Shown here piece by piece: positions 47,998 through 59,100 of a stretch of DNA of 59,415 bases. Under the pieces are notes generated by a model that saw nothing but the letters and a program-made list of their open reading frames with translations, had not been told where the DNA came from and made no database searches. How positions within the stretch are numbered: the first letter of the stretch is position 1; each line of letters begins with the position of its first letter. The translations under genes were made by a program, and so were the position numbers. Origin of the DNA: a virus (Duplodnaviria > Caudoviricetes); the IMG/VR virus record IMGVR_UViG_3300020403_000009, positions 1-59,415 of that record, one strand, 5' to 3'.

Positions 47998-48724
47998 CAA
48001 TGAGTATTACAATGGTATAGGTTTAAACTACCTATCCAACTCAAACATCGAGGCACTTACAACTGAGCCAAGGCAATTTCAAGCACCTCAGAAGGATGGA
48101 GAACACTTTGTAAAGGGTAGATACTTCCATCAACTGATACTCGAACCTGAGAAGGCTAAGGACTTTCATATTGTAGATACCACATCAAGAAGTACTAAGG
48201 TGTACAAAGAGTATGTGGCTGACAATAAATTAGACTACGCTCTTCTGACAAAAGATGCTGAGGGCATTAAAGATATGGTGGATTTTACACTAGAGAGTTT
48301 ACCTTTTTTTGATTTGATTAATGACCCGACTGCTGAGTATGAAGTACCTGCAATCGGAGAGATAATGGGAGCAATGTGGAAAGGTAAGGCTGACATCCTT
48401 ACCAAGGATTATGTAATTGATTTGAAAACGTCTTCAGATGTTTTTAAGTTTGTAAGAAATGCTCCCTATTATTTCTATCACACTCAAGCATATATTTACC
48501 AAAAGTTATTTGGTAAAGCTGTTGTGTTTCTGGTCACAGGAAAGACTAAGAAGTATGACAGGAATGGAAAAAGATATTATGACCTAGGAATATTTCCGGT
48601 CAGCGAGAACTCAATGACTCTTGCTGAAGAAAAGGTCGGACAAGCAGTAGCATCCTACAATAAATGGTTTGCTCCTGACTCAAAAGATAATATAGATAAC
48701 TATATTATAAACACACCTATTTAA
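47960..48724 (+). CDS. PD-(D/E)XK exonuclease (RecE/DUF3799-like)
   Basis: LSNS, G..FH..ILEP, KGKAD, IDLKT, Y..QA..Y. Confidence 0.85.
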   Translation: MNEKQILKKLKDDNEYYNGIGLNYLSNSNIEALTTEPRQFQAPQKDGEHFVKGRYFHQLILEPEKAKDFHIVDTTSRSTKVYKEYVADNKLDYALLTKDAEGIKDMVDFTLESLPFFDLINDPTAEYEVPAIGEIMGAMWKGKADILTKDYVIDLKTSSDVFKFVRNAPYYFYHTQAYIYQKLFGKAVVFLVTGKTKKYDRNGKRYYDLGIFPVSENSMTLAEEKVGQAVASYNKWFAPDSKDNIDNYIINTPI

Positions 48725-48740
48725 TTTTTAATTTTTTATT

Positions 48741-48995
48741 ATGACAGACCAAAAAGAAAAAGTGTTTGCTGATGGATTAATCAGCAAAAGAAATGAGAAC
48801 GCTCCCGACTTTGTGATTGTAAACCAATCATACAAGGTCGATGAGTTTATTGCATTCCTTAAAAAGAATGCAAAGAATGGATGGGTTAACACCCAGACCA
48901 AGATAGCTAAGTCTGGAAAGTATTACACAGAACTAGATACTTTTGAGCCAAAATCAAAAACTGCTACTGAAACACAAACAGAAGTACCCTTTTAG
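48741..48995 (+). CDS. Small SSB-like protein
   Basis: Beta-rich with C-terminal EVPF, next to SSAP and exonuclease, followed by a terminator. Confidence 0.5.
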   Translation: MTDQKEKVFADGLISKRNENAPDFVIVNQSYKVDEFIAFLKKNAKNGWVNTQTKIAKSGKYYTELDTFEPKSKTATETQTEVPF

Positions 48996-49010
48996 ATTTT
49001 GCTCCAAACT

Positions 49011-49038
49011 AGGGGGAGTTAACTACTCCCCTTTTTTT
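49011..49038 (+). terminator. Intrinsic terminator
   Basis: GGGGAGT/ACTCCCC stem plus T7. Confidence 0.85.
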
Positions 49039-49049
49039 GGCTTTGTGCT

Positions 49050-49200
49050 ATGTTCTTTTTAAAATTCTATATACTATATATATTTTATTATTTATAATTA
49101 TTTATTTTCTTATATACGAAGAAATAATCGACATAACCGACATGACCTTATAAACATTGACTTTAATCGACATAAAACCGACACCAAAATGACACACATC
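49050..49200. other. Origin-like element 2 upstream of primase-helicase
   Basis: AT-rich tract plus four CGACA repeats and one TGACA; paralogous to 39455-39630. Confidence 0.55.
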
Positions 49201-51597
49201 GTCACAATATTTAAAGACATAAAGAATACAGATACACCTTTCCACATAGATGTGGCTAAGATTATCGAGAGAATAAGAGATGGCAAGTCTAAAGAACTTG
49301 TAACTCAAATAAGAAAAGAAAAAGATAAATCTGAGCGTAACGAACTTAAAAAGAAACTACCATCAATATGTTTTAGTGGTAAGTTTTCCAAACGTGCAGA
49401 CAACTCTTTGCTTGAACATAGTGGACTTATATGTTTGGACTTTGATGGATACACCAAGCAAAGGGATATGATACAAGACAAGGAGAAGATGATGAAGGAT
49501 AAGTATACGTTCTGTGTTTTTATATCACCATCAGGCAACGGACTGAAAGTTTTGGTTAAGATTCCAAACGATGCTGAGAATCACGTTAAATACTTTCAAT
49601 CGCTAGAGAACTACTACAACTCAAATCACTTCGACACTACAAGTAAAAACATAAGCAGGGTTTGTTATGAATCTTATGACCCTCTTGTATATGTAAACGA
49701 TAAGTCTACTGTATGGGAAACAATAGAGGAGACAGAGTACAGAGAAGTTATTGTCAACAAAGACCAACCTACGATACCAATCACAGATGAGAATAAGATT
49801 GTAGACATACTGGTTAAGTGGTGGCAAAAAAAATATCCAATGATAGAAGGTCAGAGAAACCATAATGTATATGTATTAGCAATGGCATTCAATGATTATG
49901 GTATAAATAAGAACCTAGCACAATACATATGTAACCAATACCAGTCAAAAGACTTTACTTTATCAGAGATAGAGCAAACTATTAACTCAGCATATCAGAA
50001 CACGGCTAAGTTTAATTCAAAGTACTACGAGGATGATGAGGCTATAACTCAGATAAGACAGAAACTAAAGCGTGGCGTAAACAAATCAGAGATTAGAACT
50101 CAACTATCAAGACTTGATATAGAAGAGGAAGTAATCGATGCAGTACTAGAGCGTGCTGATGATGAGAACAAGCAGATGAAGTTCTGGACTAAGAACGAAA
50201 AGGGTATTGTGAAAATAATACACTATGTATTTAAAGAGTTTTTAGAAGACAATGGATTCTACAAGTACTGTCCAGAGGGTAGTAAAAATTATGTGTTTGT
50301 AAAGGTAACCAACAACCTTATAGACCACACTAGCGATAAAGAAATAAAAGACTTTGTCCTTGAGCATCTAAAAAATCAAGATGATTTTAGTGTATATAAT
50401 TACTTTGCAGACCAGACTAGATTTTTCAAGGAAGATTTTTTAAGTCTGTTAAGCACAATAGATATACTGTTTATTGAGGATACACACGATACAAGTTATC
50501 TATACTACAACAACTGTGCAGTTAGAATAACCAAGGATGAAATCAAAACCATAGACTACCTAGACCTTGGTGGTTACGTTTGGAAAGACCACATCATAGA
50601 CAGGAACTACAAAGAAGAGCCTGTAACCAAGTGTGATTACAAAAGCTTTATCAATAACATTTGCAACAGAGACAGTAGCAGAACCACATCAATGGAATCA
50701 ACCATAGGATTCCTACTACATGGACACAAGAGTATGTCCTACTGCCCTGCTGTGATTTTAAATGATGAGATTATATCAGACAATCCTGAAGGAGGAACAG
50801 GCAAAGGGGTGTTTAAAAATGCATTAGGTCATATGAAAAAGCTAGTGAACATAGATGGTAAATCATTTACGTTCGAGAGAGCATTTGCATATCAGCTCGT
50901 ATCAGCAGATACTCAGCTCCTGTGTTTTGATGATGTAAAAAAATACTTTGACTTCGAAAGATTGTTCAGTGTAGTGACAGAAGGTATGACCCTTGAAAAG
51001 AAAAACAAGGATGCGATTACGATACCATTCAGTAAGTCTCCGAAAATAATTATTACAACCAACTATGCAATCAAGGGTGCAGGTAATTCTTTTGCTCGAA
51101 GAAAGTGGGAACTAGAACTACACCAATACTATACAAAAGAGTTTACACCTATCATAGAGTTTGGTAAGATGTTCTTTAGCGATTGGGATACAGAGGAGTG
51201 GCTACAGTTTGACAACTATATGATTGAGTGCTTACAACTGTTTCTAAATAAAGGACTCATGCAAAGTAAGTTTGTAAATCTGAAAGTAAGACAACTATCA
51301 GCAGAGACCTGTCACGATTTTATTGAGTGGTGTGGTCTTATTGAGGGTACTATTCCTAACAGAAGACTTATCGAAGGAGAAAAGATATACAAGCAAGAAC
51401 TATACGAGGACTTCGTTCACGAGTACCCAGACTATTCGCCACGAGCGAAGTATTCAATATCGAGAACTAGATTCTACAAGTGGTTAAACGCTTATGGATT
51501 ATTCAAAGAAGGATTCTTACCCGAAGAGGGTAGAGATTCAATCGGAAGATGGATTAAATTTAAAGAGATTAAAAAACAAAAAGAACTTGAATTTTGA
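49189..51597 (+). CDS. Primase-helicase (VirE-N/BT4734-like primase, PriCT, P-loop NTPase)
   Basis: K..LP.I.FSG.F..R, SGLICLDFD, F.SPSGNGLK, GQRN; GGTGKG Walker A, CFDD Walker B, IITTN. Confidence 0.88.
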   Translation: MTHIVTIFKDIKNTDTPFHIDVAKIIERIRDGKSKELVTQIRKEKDKSERNELKKKLPSICFSGKFSKRADNSLLEHSGLICLDFDGYTKQRDMIQDKEKMMKDKYTFCVFISPSGNGLKVLVKIPNDAENHVKYFQSLENYYNSNHFDTTSKNISRVCYESYDPLVYVNDKSTVWETIEETEYREVIVNKDQPTIPITDENKIVDILVKWWQKKYPMIEGQRNHNVYVLAMAFNDYGINKNLAQYICNQYQSKDFTLSEIEQTINSAYQNTAKFNSKYYEDDEAITQIRQKLKRGVNKSEIRTQLSRLDIEEEVIDAVLERADDENKQMKFWTKNEKGIVKIIHYVFKEFLEDNGFYKYCPEGSKNYVFVKVTNNLIDHTSDKEIKDFVLEHLKNQDDFSVYNYFADQTRFFKEDFLSLLSTIDILFIEDTHDTSYLYYNNCAVRITKDEIKTIDYLDLGGYVWKDHIIDRNYKEEPVTKCDYKSFINNICNRDSSRTTSMESTIGFLLHGHKSMSYCPAVILNDEIISDNPEGGTGKGVFKNALGHMKKLVNIDGKSFTFERAFAYQLVSADTQLLCFDDVKKYFDFERLFSVVTEGMTLEKKNKDAITIPFSKSPKIIITTNYAIKGAGNSFARRKWELELHQYYTKEFTPIIEFGKMFFSDWDTEEWLQFDNYMIECLQLFLNKGLMQSKFVNLKVRQLSAETCHDFIEWCGLIEGTIPNRRLIEGEKIYKQELYEDFVHEYPDYSPRAKYSISRTRFYKWLNAYGLFKEGFLPEEGRDSIGRWIKFKEIKKQKELEF

Positions 51598-51866
51598 AAT
51601 ATCACATTGACATAGCTATGAGAAACTCCTACGATATTATAATCAACAAAGTTTCACTGAGACATTTCGATGATGTAAACAATTCGTATTTTATACACAA
51701 CCCAACCGAAGAGATTACAGATGACATTTTAAAAGAGATGCATTTTTATTTTTCATCTCAAAAAGAATGGGATAAAGTTTTAAAGATTAATACGCTAAGA
51801 GCAAAACTAAAATTTTATGATACAACTAAGAGACTATCAAAAATCTATAGTAGAAAAAGCAACTAA
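51594..51866 (+). CDS. Hypothetical protein
   Basis: ORF track; start uncertain. Confidence 0.55.
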   Translation: MKYHIDIAMRNSYDIIINKVSLRHFDDVNNSYFIHNPTEEITDDILKEMHFYFSSQKEWDKVLKINTLRAKLKFYDTTKRLSKIYSRKSN

Positions 51867-53052
51867 GGTTATAAACATAAGTGGTTTTGTATACTTAGCT
51901 ATGGAGGTTAGGACAGGAAAAACACTAACATCTTTATCTATTGCTAGTAATGTAAACGCACAGAAGGTATTGTTTGTGACTAAGAAAAAAGCAATATCTT
52001 CTATTGAGAAAGATTACGAACTACTAGAGCCATCTTTTTATTTGCATACGATAAATTATGAAAGTCTTCACAAGGTATCATACGAGCTAGACTGGGATGT
52101 TATTATACTGGATGAAGCACATTCTATGGGTGCGTTTCCAAAGCCAAGTAAGAGAGCAAGGGATGTTAAGATGCGTATAATAAAAAGCAAAGCTAAAGTT
52201 ATACTTCTTTCAGGAACGCCAACTCCTGAATCGTATAGTCAAATGTACCATCAAGTGTATGGCATACCCAACAATCCATTCAAACAGTATAGTAGCTTTT
52301 ATAAGTTTGCACACGCTCATATAAAAATTACGGAGCGTATGATAAACAGCCTGCGTATCAGAGATTATTCAAATGGACTTCCTAGCATAATGGATAGTAT
52401 GAAACCATATATGATAGCCTACTCACAAAAGGAAGCAGGATTTAAAGTAAAGACTACAGAGAAAGTTTTGGAGGTAGAGATGGAAAAGACAACCTATGAA
52501 TTAGCAAAGGAACTAAAGAAACATTTAGTTATCGAAGGAAAGCGTGAAGTAATACTTGCAGACACGCCTGTAAAATTAATGATGAAACTTCATCAGCTAT
52601 ATTCTGGAACTATAAAGTTTGAGAGTGGAAACGCAGAAGTATTGGACTATTCAAAAGCTCGGTTTATACACAAGTATTTTTACAAAGCGAAGGTGGGTAT
52701 CTTTTATAAGTTTAAAGCAGAGCTGAAGGCTCTAAAAGAGGTCTACGGAGATGATTTAACCACAGAACTAGATGAGTTTAATACAACAGACAAGAGCATA
52801 GCCTTGCAGATTGTGAGCGGGAGAGAAGGAATAAGCTTGCGTCAAGCCAAGTGTTTGGTGTATTACAACATAGACTTTAGTGCTACCAGTTACTGGCAGA
52901 GCAGGGACAGGATGACAACTAAAAACAGATTAGAAAATAATGTGTATTGGATATTTAGTAAACGAGGTATTGAGAAAAAAATATACAAGGCTGTAACAAA
53001 TAAAAAAGATTATACCTTGTCACATTTTAAAAAGGATTTACTTAGCTTATGA
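51817..53052 (+). CDS. SF2 (SNF2-like) helicase
   Basis: LRDYQ, RTGKT, INYE, ILDEAH, LSGTP, EGISL, QS.DR. Confidence 0.9.
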   Translation: MIQLRDYQKSIVEKATKVINISGFVYLAMEVRTGKTLTSLSIASNVNAQKVLFVTKKKAISSIEKDYELLEPSFYLHTINYESLHKVSYELDWDVIILDEAHSMGAFPKPSKRARDVKMRIIKSKAKVILLSGTPTPESYSQMYHQVYGIPNNPFKQYSSFYKFAHAHIKITERMINSLRIRDYSNGLPSIMDSMKPYMIAYSQKEAGFKVKTTEKVLEVEMEKTTYELAKELKKHLVIEGKREVILADTPVKLMMKLHQLYSGTIKFESGNAEVLDYSKARFIHKYFYKAKVGIFYKFKAELKALKEVYGDDLTTELDEFNTTDKSIALQIVSGREGISLRQAKCLVYYNIDFSATSYWQSRDRMTTKNRLENNVYWIFSKRGIEKKIYKAVTNKKDYTLSHFKKDLLSL

Positions 53053-53170
53053 TTATGGATTTTATTAATTTTATTATATATCTCTCTTCCTTTGTATGTA
53101 TTATATACTTAGTGAGAATATTGTTTTTTAACAATACCGATTTATTTTAATTACTATGCACGCATAATAA

Positions 53171-53548
53171 ATGGATTACAATAGCGATTTTAGATATGAC
53201 CTAGAGATAGGTAAGGAAGGCGAACGAATTGTTCACGAGATTTTTTCAAACAAAAAGCTGGAAGTAAAACGAGATAGCTGGATAGGTCGTACTGGAAACA
53301 TTGCTATTGAATTTAAAAGCAGGAATAAACCATCAGGTATAGTAACCACAGAGGCAGACTACTGGGTATTTATATTTTCTAAAGAGTATCAAGACAAAGT
53401 GATACTAATAGTAGAAACCCAGAGGCTCAAAGATGTAGCAAGAGAGTACGCTATAAAAGGTTCCATTAAAGAAATGGGAGACGATAATACCTCGATGGCT
53501 GTACTGATTCCTATAAAAGAAATTAGTAAATTTGCTGTCTATGACTGA
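53171..53548 (+). CDS. PD-(D/E)XK-fold nuclease-like protein
   Basis: DL..G..GE, EVKRD, TGNIAIE, KPSGI..T.ADYW. Confidence 0.6.
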   Translation: MDYNSDFRYDLEIGKEGERIVHEIFSNKKLEVKRDSWIGRTGNIAIEFKSRNKPSGIVTTEADYWVFIFSKEYQDKVILIVETQRLKDVAREYAIKGSIKEMGDDNTSMAVLIPIKEISKFAVYD

Positions 53549-53780
53549 ACAACAGATACAGTCAAAAAGAATTAAAGAATTAGAAGCCGAAGGCTACTAT
53601 GTAATTAAATTAATTAAAACAAATAAGAATGGTATACCAGATATTATTGCGATACCACCTAACTGTAATGTAATCTTTAGTGAAATAAAAACAAAAAAGG
53701 GTAAGGTCTCTTCCCTACAAGAGTACCGATTAAAAGAATTAAAAAAACATGGATTTATTACAGAAATATACCGGGGCTGA
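53541..53780 (+). CDS. VRR-NUC domain nuclease
   Basis: EQQIQ, GIPDII, EIKT..G..S.LQ. Confidence 0.85.
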   Translation: MTEQQIQSKRIKELEAEGYYVIKLIKTNKNGIPDIIAIPPNCNVIFSEIKTKKGKVSSLQEYRLKELKKHGFITEIYRG

Positions 53781-54060
53781 TACATTTTATGAGCTTGATG
53801 AAGCAGTAATCGAGACTATAGATACCTTATCTCCAGTCAGAGCAACAAAGATTATTATTGAAATTCAAAAAGCTTTACCAAAATTAGAAAGAAAAAATTA
53901 TCGCTCTCAAATAATTGGATTTGTATTGAGTGGTAGAAATCCAGTATACTTTGCCCTTAGATATATTTATGAAGAAAACGAAGCCCCTTATTTTTTTCAG
54001 TTGTTTGAGATAACATCTGATGAATATTTAGACCTATATAACTTAAATAAAATCATATAA
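53749..54060 (+). CDS. Hypothetical protein
   Basis: ORF track. Confidence 0.65.
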   Translation: MDLLQKYTGADTFYELDEAVIETIDTLSPVRATKIIIEIQKALPKLERKNYRSQIIGFVLSGRNPVYFALRYIYEENEAPYFFQLFEITSDEYLDLYNLNKII

Positions 54061-54061
54061 A

Positions 54062-54523
54062 ATGTGTGTAGAATTAATTAAAAATTTAGTAGAATCAGAA
54101 TTTAACTTACAATTAAAAAGAAAAACAAGAAAGAGAGTATATGTAGAAGCTAGAGCTATGTACTATCTGCTTCTTAGAACAAAATCAAGAATGACTATGG
54201 CGGCTATATCAAGTACAGTTGACAAAAATCATGCAACAGTTTTACATGGTATTAGAAGCTTAAAAAATTGGATGACATACGATACCAATCTAAAAAATAT
54301 TTATAACAATTTAGATAAAAAGGTAAATGACAAAATACGTCAACACCCTGAAGAGTTTGGATTTGCACAAACTGAAGAACAGTTTTATGTATTAGCTTAT
54401 AACGACCTAGAAGCTAAACACAGAAGGCTTAAAGGTAGATATGCTTTTTTATTGCATAGGCTAAAACAAACAGCTCCACAGACATATGAAAACTTCAAAC
54501 AACTAGAAGCCAGCGATATATAA
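54062..54523 (+). CDS. DnaA domain IV-like HTH protein
   Basis: RKR.YV.AR.MYY.L.R....I....KNHATVLHG. Confidence 0.75.
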   Translation: MCVELIKNLVESEFNLQLKRKTRKRVYVEARAMYYLLLRTKSRMTMAAISSTVDKNHATVLHGIRSLKNWMTYDTNLKNIYNNLDKKVNDKIRQHPEEFGFAQTEEQFYVLAYNDLEAKHRRLKGRYAFLLHRLKQTAPQTYENFKQLEASDI

Positions 54524-54564
54524 AATATTTTTCATAACTTTATGAAACCATTAAAATATATGTT

Positions 54565-54798
54565 ATGGAATTTAGTATTGAAAATATTCCTAATATTGTT
54601 GAATGTACTGAATGTACGCCGAAGAAAAAAGTGGACAGACTTTTAGAAATGGATGCAAATATGTATACTAACATGGGAATTGAAACACCTAAATCAAAAA
54701 GAAAGTTAATTAAAGGAAACTCTAGGAAAATCTATTACGCCATCAAAAAGATTAACCCTGAATTAGGCACAAAACTTATTCAGGCTATGGACGAATGA
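54565..54798 (+). CDS. Hypothetical protein
   Basis: ORF track. Confidence 0.7.
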   Translation: MEFSIENIPNIVECTECTPKKKVDRLLEMDANMYTNMGIETPKSKRKLIKGNSRKIYYAIKKINPELGTKLIQAMDE

Positions 54799-54804
54799 TA
54801 GCGT

Positions 54805-54987
54805 ATGAAATCTCTGGAGGATAAACGTATCCAGAACATTAACTTTATTATGGATGAGGTTCACTCTGCATCCAACAACATCTACGAGAACTTAGTGGAC
54901 AAGGACTTTGACTCTTTAAAAATAGAGGTTCAATCGCTGATAAAACAACTAAAACTAATACTAGAATCAGTACAAGATGAACTCTAA
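54805..54987 (+). CDS. Hypothetical protein
   Basis: ORF track. Confidence 0.65.
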   Translation: MKSLEDKRIQNINFIMDEVHSASNNIYENLVDKDFDSLKIEVQSLIKQLKLILESVQDEL

Positions 54988-55693
54988 AGACTTTAGACCA
55001 AGACTTAAAGGCGATAAAAGAATAGCATACGACAACTTAACTACAAACGAAAGAAGAATCTTAGTTGTTGGAGACATACACGCTCCATTCGAACTAGAAG
55101 GTTACCTGGAGTTTTGCCAGGAAACGTATGCAAAACATTTATGTAATCAAGTAGTATTTATTGGGGATATAATTGATAATCATTACACCTCATACCATGA
55201 GACATCAAGTGATGGCTTAGGAGGGGCAGATGAGCTTTACCACGCTATACAAGTGGTTAATCAATGGAAGAAAGCATTCCCAGTGGCAGATGTTATTATT
55301 GGAAACCATGATAGGATGGTAATGCGTAAGGCACAGACATCAGATATTCCGAGCGCATGGATTAAATCTTATAATGAGGTGCTGGGAACAAAATGGAACT
55401 GGGTAGAGCGTATCGTATATGATAATGTACAATACATTCACGGCGAAGGTGGAACAGCTCGTACAAAAGCGAAGAACGATATGATGTCTACAGTCCAGGG
55501 ACATATCCACACTCAAGCGTATACTGAGTGGATGGTTGGTAGAAACTTTCGTATCTTTGGTATGCAGGTTGGCTGCGGCATAGACGGCGGCTCATATGCG
55601 GCTGCATATGCAAAGCATTTTAAGAAGCAAGCTATAGGTTGTGCTGTGATATTAGGAGGACACACAGCTATTAATTGTTTAATGAATTTATAA
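54977..55693 (+). CDS. Calcineurin-like metallophosphoesterase
   Basis: GDIH, GDIID, GNHD, HG, GHIH. Confidence 0.9.
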   Translation: MNSKDFRPRLKGDKRIAYDNLTTNERRILVVGDIHAPFELEGYLEFCQETYAKHLCNQVVFIGDIIDNHYTSYHETSSDGLGGADELYHAIQVVNQWKKAFPVADVIIGNHDRMVMRKAQTSDIPSAWIKSYNEVLGTKWNWVERIVYDNVQYIHGEGGTARTKAKNDMMSTVQGHIHTQAYTEWMVGRNFRIFGMQVGCGIDGGSYAAAYAKHFKKQAIGCAVILGGHTAINCLMNL

Positions 55694-56073
55694 TGTTTGA
55701 ACAAGACCAAGATATAACCAAAGAAAAAAAAGCTGTAGAGCTTTACCTAAGAAGAATAGGTGGTAGCTATAAGAAGCTTAGTCCAGCAGATGTAGACTTC
55801 AGAATCATAGGGGAAAACAAATCTACCATAGGATATGCAGAGGTAAATGTTTTGGATACAGAGATGAAAGATTCGTTCCCACTCATGGTTCAGGCTCGAA
55901 AGATTATTAAACTTAGAGACAAGCGTCTTCACGCTGTAATGATATGGTCTTGTATAGATGGGATATACTATCTTCCTATAGAAGGACTTGTGGGTAGAGC
56001 TACTTGGTCAGAAGAAGGAGAGCTGATGCTGTCCTTTGATAATAAAAAACTTTTTAAGTATGTCAAACCCTAA
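55693..56073 (+). CDS. PD-(D/E)XK-fold-like hypothetical protein
   Basis: E...VDF......YAEV pattern without the catalytic Lys; TAATG-coupled start at 55693. Confidence 0.5.
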   Translation: MFEQDQDITKEKKAVELYLRRIGGSYKKLSPADVDFRIIGENKSTIGYAEVNVLDTEMKDSFPLMVQARKIIKLRDKRLHAVMIWSCIDGIYYLPIEGLVGRATWSEEGELMLSFDNKKLFKYVKP

Positions 56074-56139
56074 AGTAAACTTTACGATAGCGATAATAAT
56101 AAACACGATACTGTGTTACTTATTATATAAAATTATTTT

Positions 56140-59100
56140 TTAATCTGGAGGAGGACCCTGTGTTTTTTTATCTCTTGGTCTATATGATTTGCTAATACCT
56201 ATAAAGTCATATATTTCTCCTTCATCAGCTTCCATGTCTTTAAATAAATTTATAACACCTACAGCTGGGTCTGTTTGGACTCCCAAAACTCCATCTATAA
56301 CTCCTTTAATAGCACTAAAATAAGTAGGTTCTTTTATAAACCTGTTTAATTTAAACCAAAAAGCATTAAATGGATTAACAATCGGACTAGATGTTGTTAC
56401 TCTTTTTCTTAGCCCTAAACCAACTTCAGCTCTTTGTACCACTTGTTCTGCCGCAACACCAAATAAAGGAATTTGATACAATAAGTTTAGTCCAATAGCA
56501 GCCTCTGCAATAGCTAAATAAACCTCTTTTCTATCTTCATCATCTCCTGCCCACAGCCTTGCAATATTTGATGTTGCAACAAATAATGCATTAGCAATAG
56601 AAAGGTTTAGAGCTAAATCTCTAATATCTCTGGTTGGGGGCATTTTGCCTTTTAATAAATGTTTGGCAAAAATATTTCTTTGAGCCATAGCTACCCTATT
56701 CATTTGTAAAAATAAGGTGCTTCCAAAAGATGTAAACACTCTGTTATATCCTTTTGCTCTTTGAATAGGACTTTTTTCTGTATTTCTTCTACTTTGTTGA
56801 GTTGCATTATAATTATTAAAAGCCTTCAATGCTTCTGCTTGACTCATTCCGTTTTTAATATTTCTATTATAGTTTGCCACATAACCCATAACTCCCAACA
56901 CATCTCCTAAAACTGTTGGAGAAGCCGCAGCTTTTCTAAAATTTCTTCTTAGCCTAGTGGCTTTAGCGCTTGTCTCTGGAAGATATTGAAATAATCCACC
57001 AGATTCTAAAGAGTGAATATCTCCCTCCAATCCTTTTTCTAATCTTTCTCTAAAAGTTGCGGACACTTCTTTCATTTTCTTCAAATTACTTCTGAAATTA
57101 GCTAGAACTAGAGCGTATTCTGCCAAGAAGCTAAGCGTGTCTATTACTGGAGTATATTTTCCAGGTCTAAATTGATGCTCATTAAAAGCGTTGACAAAAG
57201 ATGTCATTTGCTTAGGTATTTGTATAAATTTAAAAGATAAAGCATACGATGTAAACCAACTAAAAATTTTACGAGTGCTGTCTTTGATTTCATTTCTTAG
57301 ACCGTATGTAGGATTTATTTCAAAATTAATACTAGACCTGATTAAATTATCTATATCTAAAACATTTTTATCTAATAATGTTTTAACAGCCTCTGTATTA
57401 AAAATAGTATTAAGCTCCCTAGTTCCAGACGCATATGCTTTATATCTTTCCATAGAATTTATATAGTTTTCTAAAGTGTATGAAAATCCAAATTCTAAAT
57501 CTAATGGTAAATCTTTTGCTGTTCTTTCTTTAAGAGCAGATGCATTTTCTAAACCTAAAACTTTATTAAAGTCTCCATCTAGAAGACTAACCTGGTCTGC
57601 ATCAGATATACTTGCTGTAGGAAAATAGTTTTCTATGTAACCTAAGTTAGCATCATTTACATCTGAATAGATATCATTTAATCCTTCAAAGTAATCATTA
57701 CTCAAGTAATCTACTATTCTATCTGTAAAAGAAACAAGCTCTGGACCGAGAATATCTTTTATTTCTTTTATGTTTTTTATACCTTCTTTTTCTAAACGCT
57801 TCTTTTGTACGTCATTAAGACTTAAAGCATACATTCTCATTATTTGGTCTGCGGTGTACTCTACTTTTTTGTTTCCTTCAGTAATTTCTACGATTCCAAT
57901 TGTCTGTAGTTTTTTTAATATACCCGAATATCCTCCTTCTATTCCCTCAACACTATCAGCTATAGAATCTATAATTTTTTGCTGATAAAATTTTCCTTTC
58001 AAAGAGTTCTCGCTCATGATATTTAACCTGTCATAAACCTGTTCTTGAAAAAATCCAGTTAAAGAGTAATTATCTAAAATTCTTGTTAAAGAACCGAGAT
58101 GAGCTATTTTAGTTCTAAAAAAAGCAGATATATTTTTACCTACTGTAAAATCATAATATTTATATAAATTTTTTAACCCTTGCCATATCTTTAATTTAGC
58201 AAAGCTCTTGTTAATTTCTTTTATATCCGCTCGAATCTCTTTAATACTTTTTAAAACTTTTTTCCCATTTTTATCTGTTTTAAAAAGGATTCCAAAATCT
58301 TTTTCTATTTGTGAAGTTACTTGCTCTTGTAGTCTAGCATCTTTTTCAGCTTTTCTAATTCTTTTTTCCTTTACAACCTTCCTTGATGATTCAGCACCTG
58401 ATTGTAAATCTTCAAATAAATCCTGCACTTCCTCTAGTGATTTGTCTTTAATGTCTGCAAACATTTCAAAAGCAATAGACTTGTCTAAATATTTAGACTC
58501 TTTTACAGTAAGCTTTTCTCCTCTAGCCTCTTTAGCAATAATTTCATTGTATCTTTCAATGTCTGAAAGTTCATTTGCTATAACAGCCATTCTGTTTATA
58601 GCATTAGACCCTAATGCAGCTTTTAGTATTTGATTTAGTTGAGAAAAAAATTGTTGCCCTTGAGCATCAAGTCCTTTTGATTTTCTTTTTTTTGAGCCTC
58701 TAGGTATTACTTTAGCTTTTGAAGATACAAATTTTTGAAGCTTACTTATTAACGAGTTCTTCTTTCTTTCTCTTGCAGTTTCTACTTTTTTAATAACTCT
58801 TTCAATTGCTGCTGGTAAATCGTTTATTGATTTAACATCAGTAACTATGCTTATTGCATTTGCAATATCTGTTTCAGAATACCCTTGAGATTTAGGCATA
58901 ACTGTGCGAATGAAATTTTTAAGCTCAATCTGTGCGCTTCTTAAATCCTTCACCCCTTTTTTAAAACCTTTTACTAAGTTTTTAACACGAGTTATCTCAC
59001 GCTGTATTGTTTTATTAGCTCTGCTGCCTACAAATTTATCAATAGCTAGAATTAATTCGTTCTGCTGGTTTTCTGGTAGGTTTTTATATTCTTCAGTATT

